This document shows positions 33,973 through 48,299 of a DNA stretch of 64,000 nucleotides, one piece after another. The notes beneath the pieces were generated by a model, which searched no databases, had not been told where the DNA came from, and worked only from the letters and a program-made list of their open reading frames with translations. Within the stretch, counting starts at the first letter, position 1, and every line of letters starts with the position of its first letter. A program made the translations under genes and the position numbers. Source of the DNA: Selaginella moellendorffii (lineage: Eukaryota > Plantae > Lycopodiophyta); NCBI RefSeq assembly GCF_000143415.4, contig NW_003314267.1, positions 2,831,839 through 2,895,838 of the forward strand, given 5' to 3'.

Positions 33973-36269
33973 AATATCTGTCCCCCGATGCCAATAGCAC
34001 TTTTAAATAAAGAAGTACTAGCAAAAGTCCCAGCTACGCTGGGAGCATTGTGTTTATTTCTGATATTTTAATAATTTCAAAGAGTTGTAAGCGTATTTGT
34101 AATTTTTAACATAATCATAATTATAAGATATATAGTTAAACATAACATAATATTTATATTAAAAATATCTTCAACAATTGACTCCATCACCAACAAACAT
34201 CATAACATAATAAATATAACTCAGTACATTATATTATATTTAAAATTCTGATTGTTGACTGAAGTCTTGGATATTCTGTAAATGGAATTTCTCACTGTGG
34301 GATCCCATGGCCAGATGAGTCATTTTTTATTAACTAATTTCTTCTTTTATTTGAAATCTCTATATAATTGATAAAAATCTTATTATTTGATGATTTATTA
34401 AACTATATAATTACTCCTCTTAACAAAGTATGTGCTACTTCGGTACACTCGATTATAATGATGTTAAAAATATATTTAATATATATTTAAAAACTCACTT
34501 AAAGTGCATACATCTTTTAAATCTAAAAAATATAAACATTGTTATGGAGTTTCTCTATTCATCATTTCAGACTGAAAGTTTTGGAATTGCATAATAATAA
34601 GTGAAAGACGTTAGCTTTATGTGTTATATTTTCTTTTAAAAACTTTTAATATTTTACATATTTATCATTGATACTCCCTTTTTACCTAATATTTATATTC
34701 ATGCATTCTGAGAGTAATATTTAAAATATAAAGTATTCTATTATATATCATAAACATTATTTCTGTATTTATTTTTATAAATCTAAAATAATAATATTAT
34801 TTATTTTTATTCATGCTTTTATATTTAAAATTAAGGCTTTATAACACTGTTATGAATGCTGAAACTTTATGATGATAAATGAATGGTAATTTTTTACTCT
34901 ATACTGGGGTAGAGTAGGGTTTGATGATATATAATCTTGACTTTATGCTAGAGCTATAATATATCAGAAAATTCATAAATGGTATATAGATAGGTTTAAT
35001 ATCATATAATTAAAATTCTGTATATGGTCCATGTACTAATGTTATCTCAATCATATTTATACCTTATTATGTTTTCATGTATAAATGCAATGTAGGATAA
35101 AGTGGTAGAAAATTTATGATATTATATAAATCTTAGACTACATCTTAGCCAACCATAAGTTTACTAATGAGAAAATATTTTACACAACAAATATCTAGAA
35201 CTATTAACTCCTCTATTTTATGTAAGAAAATATCATATTTTTATAGAAATTACTTTTTTATATTCTAATTTAGATACTTTTTTCTTTTATTATATTTAGT
35301 ACTTTTTAAAATTTATTTAAAAATATTCCTTAAAATTACATTATATTTTATTTTGAATTATTTTTTCCATATTTGTATTCGATATCCTGTCCCTTCATAA
35401 TATTTACATTTATGCTTTTTAGAAGTACTATCTAAAGGTTAAGGTATTATATTTTATATCATTAAGTTTCTTTGTGGATATGTTTTTATATAGAGAGAAT
35501 GCTAAAATGAATTAAGATTTTTACCTTTATTTTTAATTTATTTTTATATAAATTTACATTGAGACTAAAATATTCAATGAAAGTTATGTTTTATCCTGAT
35601 ATTATGGTATTGATGATTCATAATATTGATTTTTTCCTAAAACCATAACATATCAGAAAATAAAAAAAGGTCCATTGATTGCTTTATTAAAAATAAAATT
35701 TTAAGTGATGAGGAATCACATTTTTTAAGATGGTAGCCTTTTGTATTTGTCTAATATTGTCTCAATGATATTTTATGTATCTGTTTTCCATGTATCAATG
35801 CACAAATTATTAGTGTAAATAACAGACTTATTACACATTCATCAATGAATCTACTCATATTGAGTTGTCTCTTAGCTTACATGTAGTCTCATATTTGTGC
35901 AATATCATAAAGTTAAAAATCATAAGATTATGATAAAAGTATAACTTATTTACAAGATATAATAGCTGGAGCTATTCAACTCTTCTATTTTAAGTTATAA
36001 AATATATAATTTCTATAGTCACTACTTAATTTACTTTTAACTTTATAGTATATCTTTTATTGTGTGTACTATATACCATCTTTGTAAAAAAATTATGTTT
36101 AATTTTAATAATGTAGCATTGAATTAATCAGATACTCTTTGTTCTATAAAGTTTTTATTCTATAGAAGAAAGAGTATATGATTGATTTGATAATACATGT
36201 TTAAACATATTGAACATATTTTTTGTTTTAAATATATCGTACATAGTAGACATAATAAAAAAATTCATC

Positions 36270-36625
36270 AATGAATACCATCTTTGTACAACTAAATGTT
36301 TAAAATCATTTGAACCTAGTGCATTATATTATCTTGGATCAGTTGTCTAATTGCCTTTTATATGTATTACGATATCATTTATGCCTCCTTGAAAATTTGT
36401 TAATTTTAACACTTCATTCTCTATTTCTTACAATATTGTGAATGCATTAGTATAGGGATTTATCTCTTTTAATAATTTATCAAGACCACCCATTAGTTGC
36501 TCATTGCATTTAGAATTGTGTTTGTTTTTTGATTTTTATCTCCGTTGCTTGAGCAGTATCTAAAATATTTCATTGTGAATAAGCTGCATATTTTTCATTA
36601 TTTGGTTTGAAACTTCCAATATATC
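36270..36625 (-). pseudogene. Helitron Rep/helicase N-terminal remnant
   Basis: YIGSFKPNNEKYAAYSQ*KYLDTAQATEIK..NSKCNEQLMGGLDKLLKEINPYTNAF and DPR*YNA match Helitron-like N-terminal motifs (AQLYIxD, NPY, RRYNxP). Confidence 0.7.
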
Positions 36626-38199
36626 TACGCTGGGAGCATCATGTTTATTCTTAATGTTTTAGTATTTCAAAAATTTGAAATCATGATTATAATTTTAATA
36701 TAATCATAATTATAACATACATAGTTAACATAACATAATATAATATTTATATTCAAAATCCATTTTAAAAATATAACATAATAAATAATATAATAAATTT
36801 AACTTATAACATAATATAACATTTAAAACTCTGAGTGCTGCATGATCTTCTATAAATGGAATTTTTCACTGTGGGATTCCATGGCCAGATGAGTCAATTA
36901 AATATTGAGGCTTGGTAACTATTTTATTTATTTAAAATCTCCATATAATTGATCTAAAATTTTTCCTCTTGAAAAAATTTGTTTCTTAAGTATACTAAAA
37001 TATAATGGTTTCAAAAATAAAGATTTAAAACTCACTTAAACTATATACATCTTATAAAATTAAAAAATATAACCATTTTTATTGAGTTTTATTTTTCATC
37101 TCTTTAGACTGAAAGTTTTGGAATTGCATGATACTAAGTGATAGAAATTACCTTTATGTGTTATATTTTTTTAGAAAAATTTCAAAATTTTACATATTTA
37201 TCTATGATATTCCCTTATTCCTAATATTTATATTCTTACATTTTGAGAGTAATATTTAATATTAGAAGTATTCTACTTTATATCATTAGCATTATTTCTG
37301 TATGTGTTTTTTAATAGAGAGAATGCTAATGTAAAATAAGTTATTATCTCTCTATTTTCATGGATTTATATTTAAAATTAAGGCTTTATTACAATATTAT
37401 AAAGGATGAAATTTTATAATGATAAATGAATGGCAAGGTTTTACTCTATACTGAGGTAATAATGATATATAAAAAATTTCTTTATTCTAAAAATATAATA
37501 TACCAGAAAATTCATAAATGGTATATAGATAGATTTAATATAATTAATGTTCAATTGATGATGAATCACATTTCTTTAGATGGTTCTTGTACTAATGTTG
37601 TCTCAATGATATTTATACCTTATTATTTTTGTCATGTATAATTACAATGTAAGAAAAAATGTTAGAAAATTTATGATATTACATAAATCTTAGACTACAT
37701 CTGAGCGATATATATAAAATTAGAGCCACCTACTGCAATGATCAATGAGGCTCTTTCATTTAAATATATTGGATGATTAGTGAAAGATCTCGATTCAACT
37801 TTGATCTTTATTTATATATCAATAAACGTTTTACAATTCTTTCTTTACATTTCAACTCCCTTGTTTTCCTTTTCGTTCCAACTTGTTTTCATTCTGCATT
37901 TGTTCTCGGCAGCCACTGAAAATGTTTTCCAGCCATAGACATAAGAGATGTTGATGTCCGGAGAATACAAAAAAGAAAAACGCAAGCAAATGAAGTTAGT
38001 AATGGTGAAAAGGAAATAGGAACTTACTGCTGGCATTTTCTTTTAAGCCACTTGAACTTTCTTGTTCTCAAGGCCGGGAGCACTCCTTTTCACACCACTC
38101 CTTCACAGCTTGTCGGTCTTAATGCTGGAATTTTTGACAAATCCATGGGTGTTGCAGAACCTGATCGAACCTGAACCTGATTGGTCCTTGCTTGTTTGC

Positions 38200-38510
38200 A
38201 GTAGAGGATCTCCTTTCTAAGATGTTGGCCGTGGATCCGAAACAGAGGTCGCCCCCTGTCACATGAGATCAAATGCTTCCATTGGCTGGTATCCTCCCTT
38301 TCCCAGCGTCTTGTATAAAATTGCTCCTAGCCCCCACATTTCGATGGCTGCCATGTAGAGCTCCAATCCTTGTTCTCCACCACCTCAGCTGCCATGTACT
38401 TCGCTGTTGTGATATCTCCTAAAGGTGCTGATCACCACTTGTCATGCATGTTTAGCTTGGAAAGAATGTTGTCGAGCTTGAGATTCTGGTGAACCACGCC
38501 CCTCAAATAA
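38200..38510. pseudogene. Ser/Thr protein kinase fragments in opposite orientations
   Basis: Minus strand: GVVHQNLKLDNIL, YMAAEV, AIEMWGLGAILY; plus strand 38207-38248: DLLSKMLAVDPKQR. Confidence 0.7.
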
Positions 38511-38621
38511 ATCTCTTTGAAGGTCTTTACCAGCTGCTTGATGATTCTGGCTGCTTTCTCCTCACCAATCTTCTCGCAAATATGCTATATTTAAAAGACC
38601 AAGTAATTATGGAATAACGCC

Positions 38622-39145
38622 TTAAGAAGGGAAGGCAAAATTTCCACCAACGAACACAACCACTGGAGGAAAAATGCCTGTGCCCTGTCCAAAAGGAGAC
38701 TCNNNNNNNNNNNNNNNNNNNNNNNNNNNNNNNNNNNNNNNNNNNNNNNNNNNNNNNNNNNNNNNNNNNNNNNNNNNNNNNNNNNNNNNNNNNNNNNNNN
38801 NNTGCAGCTGCATACACAGCCGAGGATGTGTACCTGTGAATCCAAAAACAAAAACTGCATTTCAGTTTCTCATCTGTTATCTCTTACCCTGCCACTACGT
38901 CCCATGCAGAAATCCTTTCCTCGGGATGACTCCAGCCTGAAGTGTTCTCTCCATGGCTGTGCGGATTCCTCCAAGTGGATTCACTGCTACCACCTTGAGA
39001 CAAACCATTCATGTAACGCCGAAGAAAAAGTATTTGACAGGCTTACAGGCCAGTCAGATCCTAGAGCAACCACACTACCGTTTCTGAGGAAGGAAATCAT
39101 TGCACTTCACCAGTTTATACCCCTCTTTGTGGCAAGCCTGTAGCT
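38622..39145 (-). pseudogene. LAF3-like amidohydrolase 3' exons
   Basis: SFLRNGSVVALGSDWP / VVAVNPLGGIRTAMERT..EERISAWD / YTSSAVYAA / VVFVGGNFAFP; frameshifts; spans a gap. Confidence 0.75.
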
Positions 39146-39464
39146 TTTGCATTATAGAAGTGTAAAGTAGGGACCATGTATTAGCACCCACTCTGCAAAA
39201 GAGAGTCGATTAGGAAGGATTCTAGCAGTGTATCACCTTTTCACGTCCGTGTTCACAGAAGATTATAAAGAAGGTAAACTAACAAAAAAAAGCACATTAC
39301 TAAAAAACAATCTTTTGTATTGTGTAGACAAAGAAGAAACAACTGATAATCCAGAAGAACAAAAAAAAGGTGAGGCTGTGTAATAAAGACTTTGTGAAAC
39401 TTTAATAATTATAGGAAGAGCAGGTATGGATATCCATGGTTTCTTTGAACTCCTCTTTGCTCGG

Positions 39465-41030
39465 TTAGCTTTTACTACGGCCTTTTGGACGTGCTGTGGT
39501 TTCCTCCTGTGATGCTTTCCTTCCTGGCATTAGAGAGTAACTGAGGATGTAAGATTGCACTGCCTGAGCAAAGCCAGGCTTGTACGAGAAGAGCAGCCCA
39601 CGGAAGAGCTTCCCATCGATGGAGGCTTCTAGCGTGTATCTGTAGTTGAATACGTCGCTTACTTTAGCCTCGAACATCTTCTCGCCTAGCGGCTGAACGT
39701 GAGCTTGAAACTCTGTAGCATGAGTTTGACAGAGAAAATTTGGAGAGGTCCAAGGTTTTCTGCAGATACCTCCGTGAGATGAAACCAAGCTCTTGTCCGC
39801 ATCCCGTTGCTTGTCTAGCACAAATGGCGTGGCACAATACTCTTGCCGCCTTCTCTTAAGTTCCTTACGCATGGGTAGCTTTGGTTCTGATGGATCTTTC
39901 TCCCTCAGCATCTTTTCACAGAAAAACGGCAACCATATTGTCAGCAGCAATGTCAATAAAAGAAGAAGCCAACCTGTGTCGAGGAAATACATGTCATCCA
40001 GAGCTTCAAACTCTTCGTTACATCCCCCATAGAAGAATAATATGCCTCGCCCTGCGTTCACCAGCTCTTGGCATCAGCTCGGCACTAGTCGTCTTTACCT
40101 CCCGCCATGCCATTGTTTCTGGAAACACAAATGAATTCGCAAGTTTAAAACCAGCACAATGTATGTACCTGTGTCCAGAATATGAATGTCGTATAGATAG
40201 GCATTACCACCGTTCTTGCCACCCATGACAATGCAACAGTTCTTATTATGGATATCCCGAGGAATAGGTGAGACTCCAGTGGTAGAAATCTTCTTCCAGA
40301 AAAAAGTATCTACAGGAAAAAAAAGAGTTTAGAAGAAAACCAGGAAAGATAACAGGATATTACTCATGTTCAAAACATGGAGGTCGTTGTAGTACTCCTC
40401 CTCTGAGGGATCACTGGATTTCCCACATCCCCCAAACACTAACAGGTTGTCACCGATGAGAGATGTGCTATGTCCTTCTCTCGGAGCAGGAACATCACCA
40501 AAAACGTCGGGTTTCCCCCAGGTGTTGGTAGCTGCATTGGATGATAAGAACAAGAAAAAAAATTTGATAGAACTCGCTTACCAGTATCCAAAACAAAGAG
40601 ATCATCTAGCGGGCTGGTTCCATCGGTACCACCAAACACATAGAGCTTAGACCCGACGGCCGTGGAGCTGTGGCTGTCCCGAGGAGAAGGGTGCGTTCCT
40701 TTCATCACAGGCTTGCTCCAGATGTACGTCCCTGCACGATCCCAGCAAAACATGATCAAAACCATATTTCCAGTTGAATAGCGAAGAGCAAGAGAGTGAA
40801 AAACCTTGATTCTAGTCGTGGTTCCAGCCTCGAGAACCTGGAACAAACAGGGACTTGAGAGACTCGAAAAAAGAATGGCAACGAGCAAGAGAGTGAAGAA
40901 CCTTGATTCTAGTCATCGATGACAACGTGAATCCCCTCATTTTCCGAGACGTCATCCCTGTCGTGCGCTCCATCAGAGCCTCTTCGCCTTTCACTCCCAA
41001 TCCTCGTCGCATTTCCGAGCAGAGCACGTC
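39465..41030 (-). pseudogene. Kelch-repeat protein gene copy with missing exons
   Basis: WSKPVMKGTHPSPRDSHSSTAVGSKLYVFGGTDG; WGKPDVFGDVPAPREGHST; FYGGCNEEFEALDDMYFLDT; C-terminal YTLEASIDGKLFRGLLFSYKPG. Confidence 0.8.
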
Positions 41031-44000
41031 GATCTACCAAATGCACCTGCGCAGGCGGATGCTGGCGGATTTATTCCCCACGAAGTCTGGAAGGCGTCGA
41101 GCCTNNNNNNNNNNNNNNNNNNNNNNNNNNNNNNNNNNNNNNNNNNNNNNNNNNNNNNNNNNNNNNNNNNNNNNNNNNNNNNNNNNNNNNNNNNNNNNNN
41201 NNNNNNNNNNNNNNNNNNNNNNNNNNNNNNNNNNNNNNNNNNNNNNNNNNNNNNNNNNNNNNNNNNNNNNNNNNNNNNNNNNNNNNNNNNNNNNNNNNNN
41301 NNNNNNNNNNNNNNNNNNNNNNNNNNNNNNNNNNNNNNNNNNNNNNNNNNNNAGAATAAGTGACGCCAGTATATGCTATTATTATACCGGCTCTTTATGA
41401 GTATGATGATGATGACTAGCAAGGACCCCAGCTCCGCTGGGAGATATAGCATACCCAAGATAAATACATCTTCTTTTCTAATTTTACAGTGTTGATTCTA
41501 ATTATAAAGTATAAAAGATATTTTAATTATTCATGTTTATAGTAGTATGTTACATCTGTAGTAAATTTAAAGTATGTTAGATTAGATCTGTTCCACTGGG
41601 AGATATAGCACAGCCAAGATAAATACATCTTCCTTTCTAATTTTACAATGTTAGAAATTTTGATTGTATACAAGGTTCAATTTATCTTAATTTTGCTACT
41701 ATTCATCTTAAAAGAAATGCAAAATAATGCAATTAGATAATAATGCAAGTTTTGGAGAAGATATAATCATTTTTTAATCATCATTAAATTTGAATTTGAA
41801 TTCTTTTATTGCCTTTATAAAAAGGTACACAACGCTAAACACACGTACAAGATTGATGCCATGCTTTAAAAGCAATTGAGTTTTCACAAAACCAAAGAAT
41901 TATATACTGCCAAAAAATAATAGGTTAGTTTGGGGAAATTATATTTTTGATTACATACTAAGCTTTCAAAAATTTATAAAGATAATACTTATCACTATGA
42001 TTTATATTAATTTTAAGATAAATGTTGTTGAAAACTCTACTCTTGAAGACTAAATATTATGTTGAAAATTAATTATACATATAAATATACTTATAAATAA
42101 AAATAAAAACATTTTCTAAATTTCCTCAAGTATGTGCATGTTTTTGATATTTATATGATCAATAATTTCTCTAAATAGCAAAAATAATATAGTTTAAAAT
42201 ATAATAACTCATTTATATTTCAAAAAATAGCACACTTTTATTTTATATCTTGCATTAAATATTCCACTATCTTGTTTTTTAACTAAAAAAGCTATCCTCT
42301 AAATATTAACTGTTTTTATAATATTCAAATTTGCTATCAGTAATTTCTTATATATTTATCATCTTGTAAAACCAATCTATAACACTTTCATTCTATTGCC
42401 ACTATCTACATCCATTGGAGTTCTGAATGTGGGAATATGTTGATATTATAAGTGGACTTAGCATATATATCAAAAGCATGTAATTGATTTTTTAGACTTT
42501 GACTTAAAATATAAGACTAAAATACATAATTAGATTATAATACTATGGAATTAAATTTAGAAAGAATCATGATAAAAACTCTTAGGGATTTCCTTCATAG
42601 TAGGCTTAGTTTAATTCTGATTTGGAGAGAAGCCATAATTGATTTATTCTAGAATGGAATTCTTGTTAAATAAAGAATATCACTGTTGATTACAATTAGT
42701 TACACAACACTACCAGTAAAGCAATCCAGTAAGAAATGTTAGCAATAAACATAGAAAATAACATTATTATATTCATAAGAAAATCTAAACATGTTAGCAC
42801 AGCATTTTATTTAGGATAAGAGCTTTTAACCCATTTCTAATCCATCAAAAATGAATGTCCAAAAATTGTAACANNNNNNNNNNNNNNNNNNNNNNNNNNN
42901 NNNNNNNNNNNNNNNNNNNNNNNNNNNNNNNNNNNNNNNNNNNNNNNNNNNNNNNNNNNNNNNNNNNNNNNNNTAAGAAATGCCAAAAGTTTTATAGAAA
43001 ACCTTATTACTATAAATAACTCTTCAAGAGTGTAATTACAAAAGGTATATTGTTTTAATTTTTAAATGAATGCGCATAGAAGAAAAGAAATTTGCAATAC
43101 AAATCCATGAATCTTTGTTTGGATTAAGGTTTTTTATGAAAAAAAATTAGGATTTGTGAATTTTTCATGGTTGTATTAACCATCACATTACACTAAGAGT
43201 ACAATATATCATACTTTAATTTTCTCATTTAATTTAAATATACAGATAAGTGAAGTAAAATTCACTAACTTTTCATGCTTATAAATACCTTTATGGAGAA
43301 CATAAAATTACTCATAAAAGTTTTTCAAGCTGGAGTTTGTTAATTCTTGAAGTGTTATTACAATTAGATAGTGAATCTGACTAATACATTAGTGACACTT
43401 ATTAATATAAAGAAATTTCTAATTATTTTGATACACAATTGTATACTCATGTTGATTAGATGTAATTACTTTTAATTTTACCTGATTTCTTTTTCCTTTA
43501 TTTCTTCATCTTAGAAATGCATATAGAAAACCTTATTATTATAAATCAATAATAAGTTGATAATATTATATCACTTTTTTTTATTATTATCATGGTATTA
43601 TAAAATAGTTCTTATTATTGACTTATTGATATCAACATTATATCATGCTCATTGAATAGCCACTGCTTGATAAGAATTAACACCCTTTCAGCTGTTGAAT
43701 CTGTGATAATAACAAATACAACTCAAAAACAAAATCAATCTATGCTATCAAAGTTTTACTCAAGGAACTTCATGTGCTTGGATGTACCAGCAAGGACTCC
43801 TTAGCTTATGGAACTGCAGAGGTAGCTCAAGTTTTTCTTTCATCTCCAAGAAGTTTCTTAAGTCTTCAAGAGTAGTGTTTTCTAAAAAAAACTAATGATA
43901 TTTTTGAGATATTTTTTAGAATTGCATGTTTGGAATATATACATTACCAAAGATTTCTCTAAATAGCAAAAAATAAATTACATCAATATAAATACTAATA

Positions 44001-45189
44001 TATTTTTCATAAGATTAGCAACATTCTTTATTCTTTCTTGCTTCAAATGCCACATCCATTATATGTTTTTTTCTCTAAAATCCTTCTTTAGGTCAACTAT
44101 CAACGTCTTATTTTTCAATATTCAAAATTCACTATTCTGTAATGGCTTACTACAAGGTCTTAGCTTGGACTATTGAAATAGGAGATAGGATACCATTATT
44201 TGAATTTACAATGTTAGTTTGTGCAGCAGTGGATTGTAACACATTTGTTAAGGACCATTTGATAGTAAGATTGAAATGGTGACCTTTGTGGCCCGAACTC
44301 ATGTTTCTATGCTCCCTGCCACCACAAGCCATTCTAAGGAAGCTCCTGAATATAGTGTCAGGAAATGCAACTGATGTTAGATCTCTTCCTCTTGCAAGGA
44401 TATGTGTCTGTCTGGGTATTCGCAAAGGTGATGATCCAATTCTATTCTTCTTCCACATTTTGTTTTGGGTGATTAATTTATCTGATTCATTTCATTGTTT
44501 GAGAGTGAAGTGGCAAGAGACTGACATTTTTTATGAAATCTCTGCTTGTGTCATTCCGACCTTNNNNNNNNNNNNNNNNNNNNNNNNNNNNNNNNNNNNN
44601 NNNNNNNNNNNNNNNNNNNNNNNNNNNNNNNNNNNNNNNNNNNNNNNNNNNNNNNNNNNNNNNNNNNNNNNNNNNNNNNNNNNNNNNNNNNNNNNNNNNN
44701 NNNNNNNNNNNNNNNNNNNNNNNNNNNNNNNNNNNNNNNNNNNNNNNNNNNNNNNNNNNNNNNNNNNNNNNNNNNNNNNNNNNNNNNNNNNNNNNNNNNN
44801 NNNNNNNNNNNNNNNNNNNNNNNNNNNNNNNNNNNNNNNNNNNNNNNNNNNNNNNNNNNNNNNNNNNNNNNNNNNNNNNNNNNNNNNNNNNNNNNNNNNN
44901 NNNNNNNNNNNNNNNNNNNNNNNNNNNNNNNNNNNNNNNNNNNNNNNNNNNNNNNNNNNNNNNNNNNNNNNNNNNNNNNNNNNNNNNNNNNNNNNNNNNN
45001 NNNNNNNNNNNNNNNNNNNNNNNNNNNNNNNNNNNNNNNNNNNNNNNNNNNNNNNNNNNNNNNNNNNNNNNNNNNNNNNNNNNNNNNNNNNNNNNNNNNN
45101 NNNNNNNNNNNNNNNNNNNNNNNNNNNNNNNNNNNNNNNNNNNNNNNNNNNNNNNNNNNNNNNNNNNNNNNNNNNNNNNNNNNNNNNNN

Positions 45190-46170
45190 ATTGGAAATGT
45201 TCATCTTCACTTTCTCAAGCACATCATGGATTTTTCTTTAGGAAATCATCAGCCACATGATGACATGAGCCACTGAATTGTGACCAGCGTTCATGTACAT
45301 GTTGAGCATGTCTATGATATGAGCGTCTTCCAGTGCCTCTTTTTTTGTCATCCAGCTGATCCATGAGCAACGAAAGAATGCTTGTTTCCTGTGGCTTTCC
45401 AGAAGTGCTGGTTGATCACGTCCTGGATAAGCTTGATGAGCTTTTGCCTCGGCCTGAAAATGGGAAAACGTCACAAAGCTATGTACAACGCATATGGCTT
45501 TGTTGTATGCTGAGGAAGTTGATGGGGAGAGCCTGAATGCCTTGGTTGACAATGTAGTACAAGGAGAAAGTCTCTTCCATGTCGAGACTGGAGTCTTTCC
45601 CATATAAAATGTAGAGGACAGTTAGAAACGTGAACTGTCATATCAGAAAAAAGCAGTGTCAACAAGAAAACTAAGACAATTGCTTACCGGTAAGAAGAAC
45701 GATCTTATCCTGCATAGACCACCTTGCAAGGCACGCTTTTATGTTGTTGACGATGAGGGGCACATACTGCTTGAGAGCTTTGGGATTGTTCACAGCAGGC
45801 TTGGAGCTTCAAGTGGCTCTTTCACAGCAGTGCTCTCCGGCCATCCTGTTTCAAAACTGTCTTTACAAATTTGCATGCTGCCATAACAGAAACGCCTTGT
45901 AAAACCCACTCGATTGTACCTGAAACCAAGAAAAAGCAACAGCTAAACAAGCGAAAGAAAGTACAAGATCACTCAACTTTGCAATGTAGTCGGTTTTCCA
46001 GACTTGAAGCCTCTGAGAAAAGCAGACACGTTGCCAAAGATCCCAGTAGAAGTGGAGGCTGTCCTGGTTTGAGCACCGTCTCATGGTACCACTTGTTGAG
46101 AAAACTCGAGAATGTCAGCAAGGCAGTGACTGCCACGCTGCTGTGGATTCCCAGTGAACAGCCTGGGATT
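45190..46170 (-). pseudogene. Cytochrome P450 CYP88 (ent-kaurenoic acid oxidase-like), 5' half
   Basis: KWYHETVLKPGQPPL..AFLRGFKSGKP; FETGWPEST; PAVNNPKALKQYVPLI; YYIVNQGIQALPINF; I-helix IIDMLNMYMNAGHNSVAHVIMW; frameshifts. Confidence 0.85.
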
Positions 46171-46759
46171 TACTTAGCTGGCTATCTGGACAACTTGGAG
46201 GAGGAAGAACCCCTAAATGGTATGGCATTGGCACTCAGCTATGGCATCTGATCGATTGAGCGGCTGGTCACGTATATTAGTGGCTACAGTGATGATAACT
46301 TGTGCACAAAGCTGCTGCATTGCCAGGGCGCTCTTTGCTGGGAAATTTCGAGCAAACACTGGATATTTCAATCGGCTCCAAAATTGTAAAACAGCTATAC
46401 AACACAAAATTTTAGGATTTTATCCCACACAGATCACTGCAAGAATACTGCAACCATAAACTCTTTGCCTTTCAATTCTGTAATGAGAGAAAATCTACAA
46501 CAGAACAACATGGCATTAGTGTTAAAAAAAAGATCTAAAGCGAGGGACAATGTAATCAAATTCTAAGGTTTTGCTTCTTGATCCAGTGAGCACCTGATGA
46601 TGTGGGCAACAACTTGTCTAGCATCCGGCTGTACGGCTTATGCTTGCCAGGCTTGTGAAGGATTAGCGAGCAGCATCTCTTGCCAATCAGCAAGAATTGG
46701 GTATTGCAGCCTCTTCGCACTCTCCTTGCTGCTTGCATGGATGCTGCATGACCTCCAGT

Positions 46760-47325
46760 GAGAAAATCCCATGTAAGTTCTTGTGATTTGCGACAACACC
46801 TACTTTTTTTCGCTTGTGGCGGGGATCAATCACTTCTCACCTGACAAGGATTTTTTTTGGCACAAAAGCTGTTCTATGCATGAGCTTTGGGAAGTACCAA
46901 AGCAATCACAAGGACTCTTGGCATCATGGCAACTGAATGATCAAGCTCTTATCGTCTGGTCTGGTCTCACTGTGCTTTGCCTCATCCTTCTTCCCAATGA
47001 CACTGTGGATGCTGATGGTAAATCTAATGCTTTTCTCTTGGATTTATAACCATAGTTTCTTTCGTCTTCTGGCAGGAAGACTCTCGACATACAACTGGAA
47101 TGCTTCATGGATTGCCAAAGATAGTCAGTTCTGGTAATGTTCTTCTTCATTTCTTTACCTTTTATACATAGAACAAGATGCACACTTCACAGGTATAATG
47201 CCTTACTTGCTGTGTCTTTAGTGTGCTACATCACGACTTTTGCTTTCTTGGGATATCTGTGTAAGTGGTTCAAGCCTGCTTATCAAGATTGCAAGCTCAA
47301 TCTCTTCTTTATCACAAGCTTGCTA
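46760..47325 (+). pseudogene. Serinc/TDE membrane protein internal exons
   Basis: INHFSPDKDF; YNWNASWIAKDSQFW; YNALLAVSLVCYITTFAFLGYLCKWFKPAYQDCKLNLFFIT. Confidence 0.8.
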
Positions 47326-47410
47326 TCTCTTAGCATCTCTTTTTCTGCTATCTTCTTTAAATCCATTGCCAATCCATTCTAAAATTGTTCATTTTTAATT
47401 CTATAATACA

Positions 47411-47810
47411 GGGAACAACTCAAAACTGTTGAGAAACACCTTCAGTGCTCAAGATCTTTGTGTGGCGACTTGCTCACTCTCGCAGACATCTGGCTGTTCA
47501 TGACATTGTACAGGTTTGATGCTGTCTACCACATTCTTTTCAAGTGCTCCAAGTGAAAGTTGTTGGAGTTTTCGAATCTTTATGGCTACATGCGACAGAT
47601 ATACCAGCTTCCTACACATCTGTTCAAGTTGTGATTGCTAGTAATGTCTTGTTCTTTTTTGTTAGATTCCAGGAGTGTCGTCCACTTGCAACCTCCCGAG
47701 CATAATGGATGGCTACTATGGGGCCTTGTTCCCTCTCAACCCATGAGGTATCCAGCCAGCCATTCACTCTAGTATGGAACCAAAAGTTTGTACAACCAAT
47801 AATGCTTAGA
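47411..47810 (+). pseudogene. Glutathionyl-hydroquinone reductase (GST) 3' exons
   Basis: [49 protein letters not shown] / IPGVSSTCNLPSIMDGYYGALFPLNP*GI. Confidence 0.85.
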
Positions 47811-48299
47811 AAGAAAGTTGATATGAACTCTCAGAAAAAATTCTCTATGTAACAAGTCTACTTGAAGCTCTTATCTTGAAAAGAAAATTTAGTTCCTTCT
47901 AGAATATATGTTTTTTATTTTTTATTTTTTATGTAATATATTTATTTTGAATTACATTTTCTTTTGTCCTTTAGCTCAATTTATAATTTTCTTACAAGAA
48001 ACATCAACAAACTTACAAGATTACAGTCATGCATACTTTATTAAATGTAGTGTTACCTTTTTGTTCTGCTAAACAGTGCATAGAAGCTAATAACATGCAA
48101 TCTGTGATTTCTAGACAAACTTTTATTTATAAATCTCCTCATTCCACTCACAGCATTCTGTGTTGAAGAGAGCATCGAGACTTCTTGCTCATTGGGTATT
48201 AACGCAGTCACCGACTTAGTATTCTAACAAAATCCCACAGTCAAGAGTTCTCCAAACTTTCGAAACACCACAACACTTACAAAGAATGGAATTTCATTT

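Larger units (their letters stand above)
34018..41400 (-). mobile_element. Composite Helitron H2 with RepHel remnants and captured genes
   Basis: 3' CTAG at 34018-34021 plus hairpin at 34028-34044; second degenerate copy of the 3' region at 36624-37700; 5' boundary approximate (GAATAAGTGACGCC resembles 50891). Confidence 0.65.

Noticed and set aside
44286-45276. Long ORFs spanning N runs (also at 19.6, 30.6, 38.7 and 41.1 kb)
   Set aside because: Artefacts of assembly gaps
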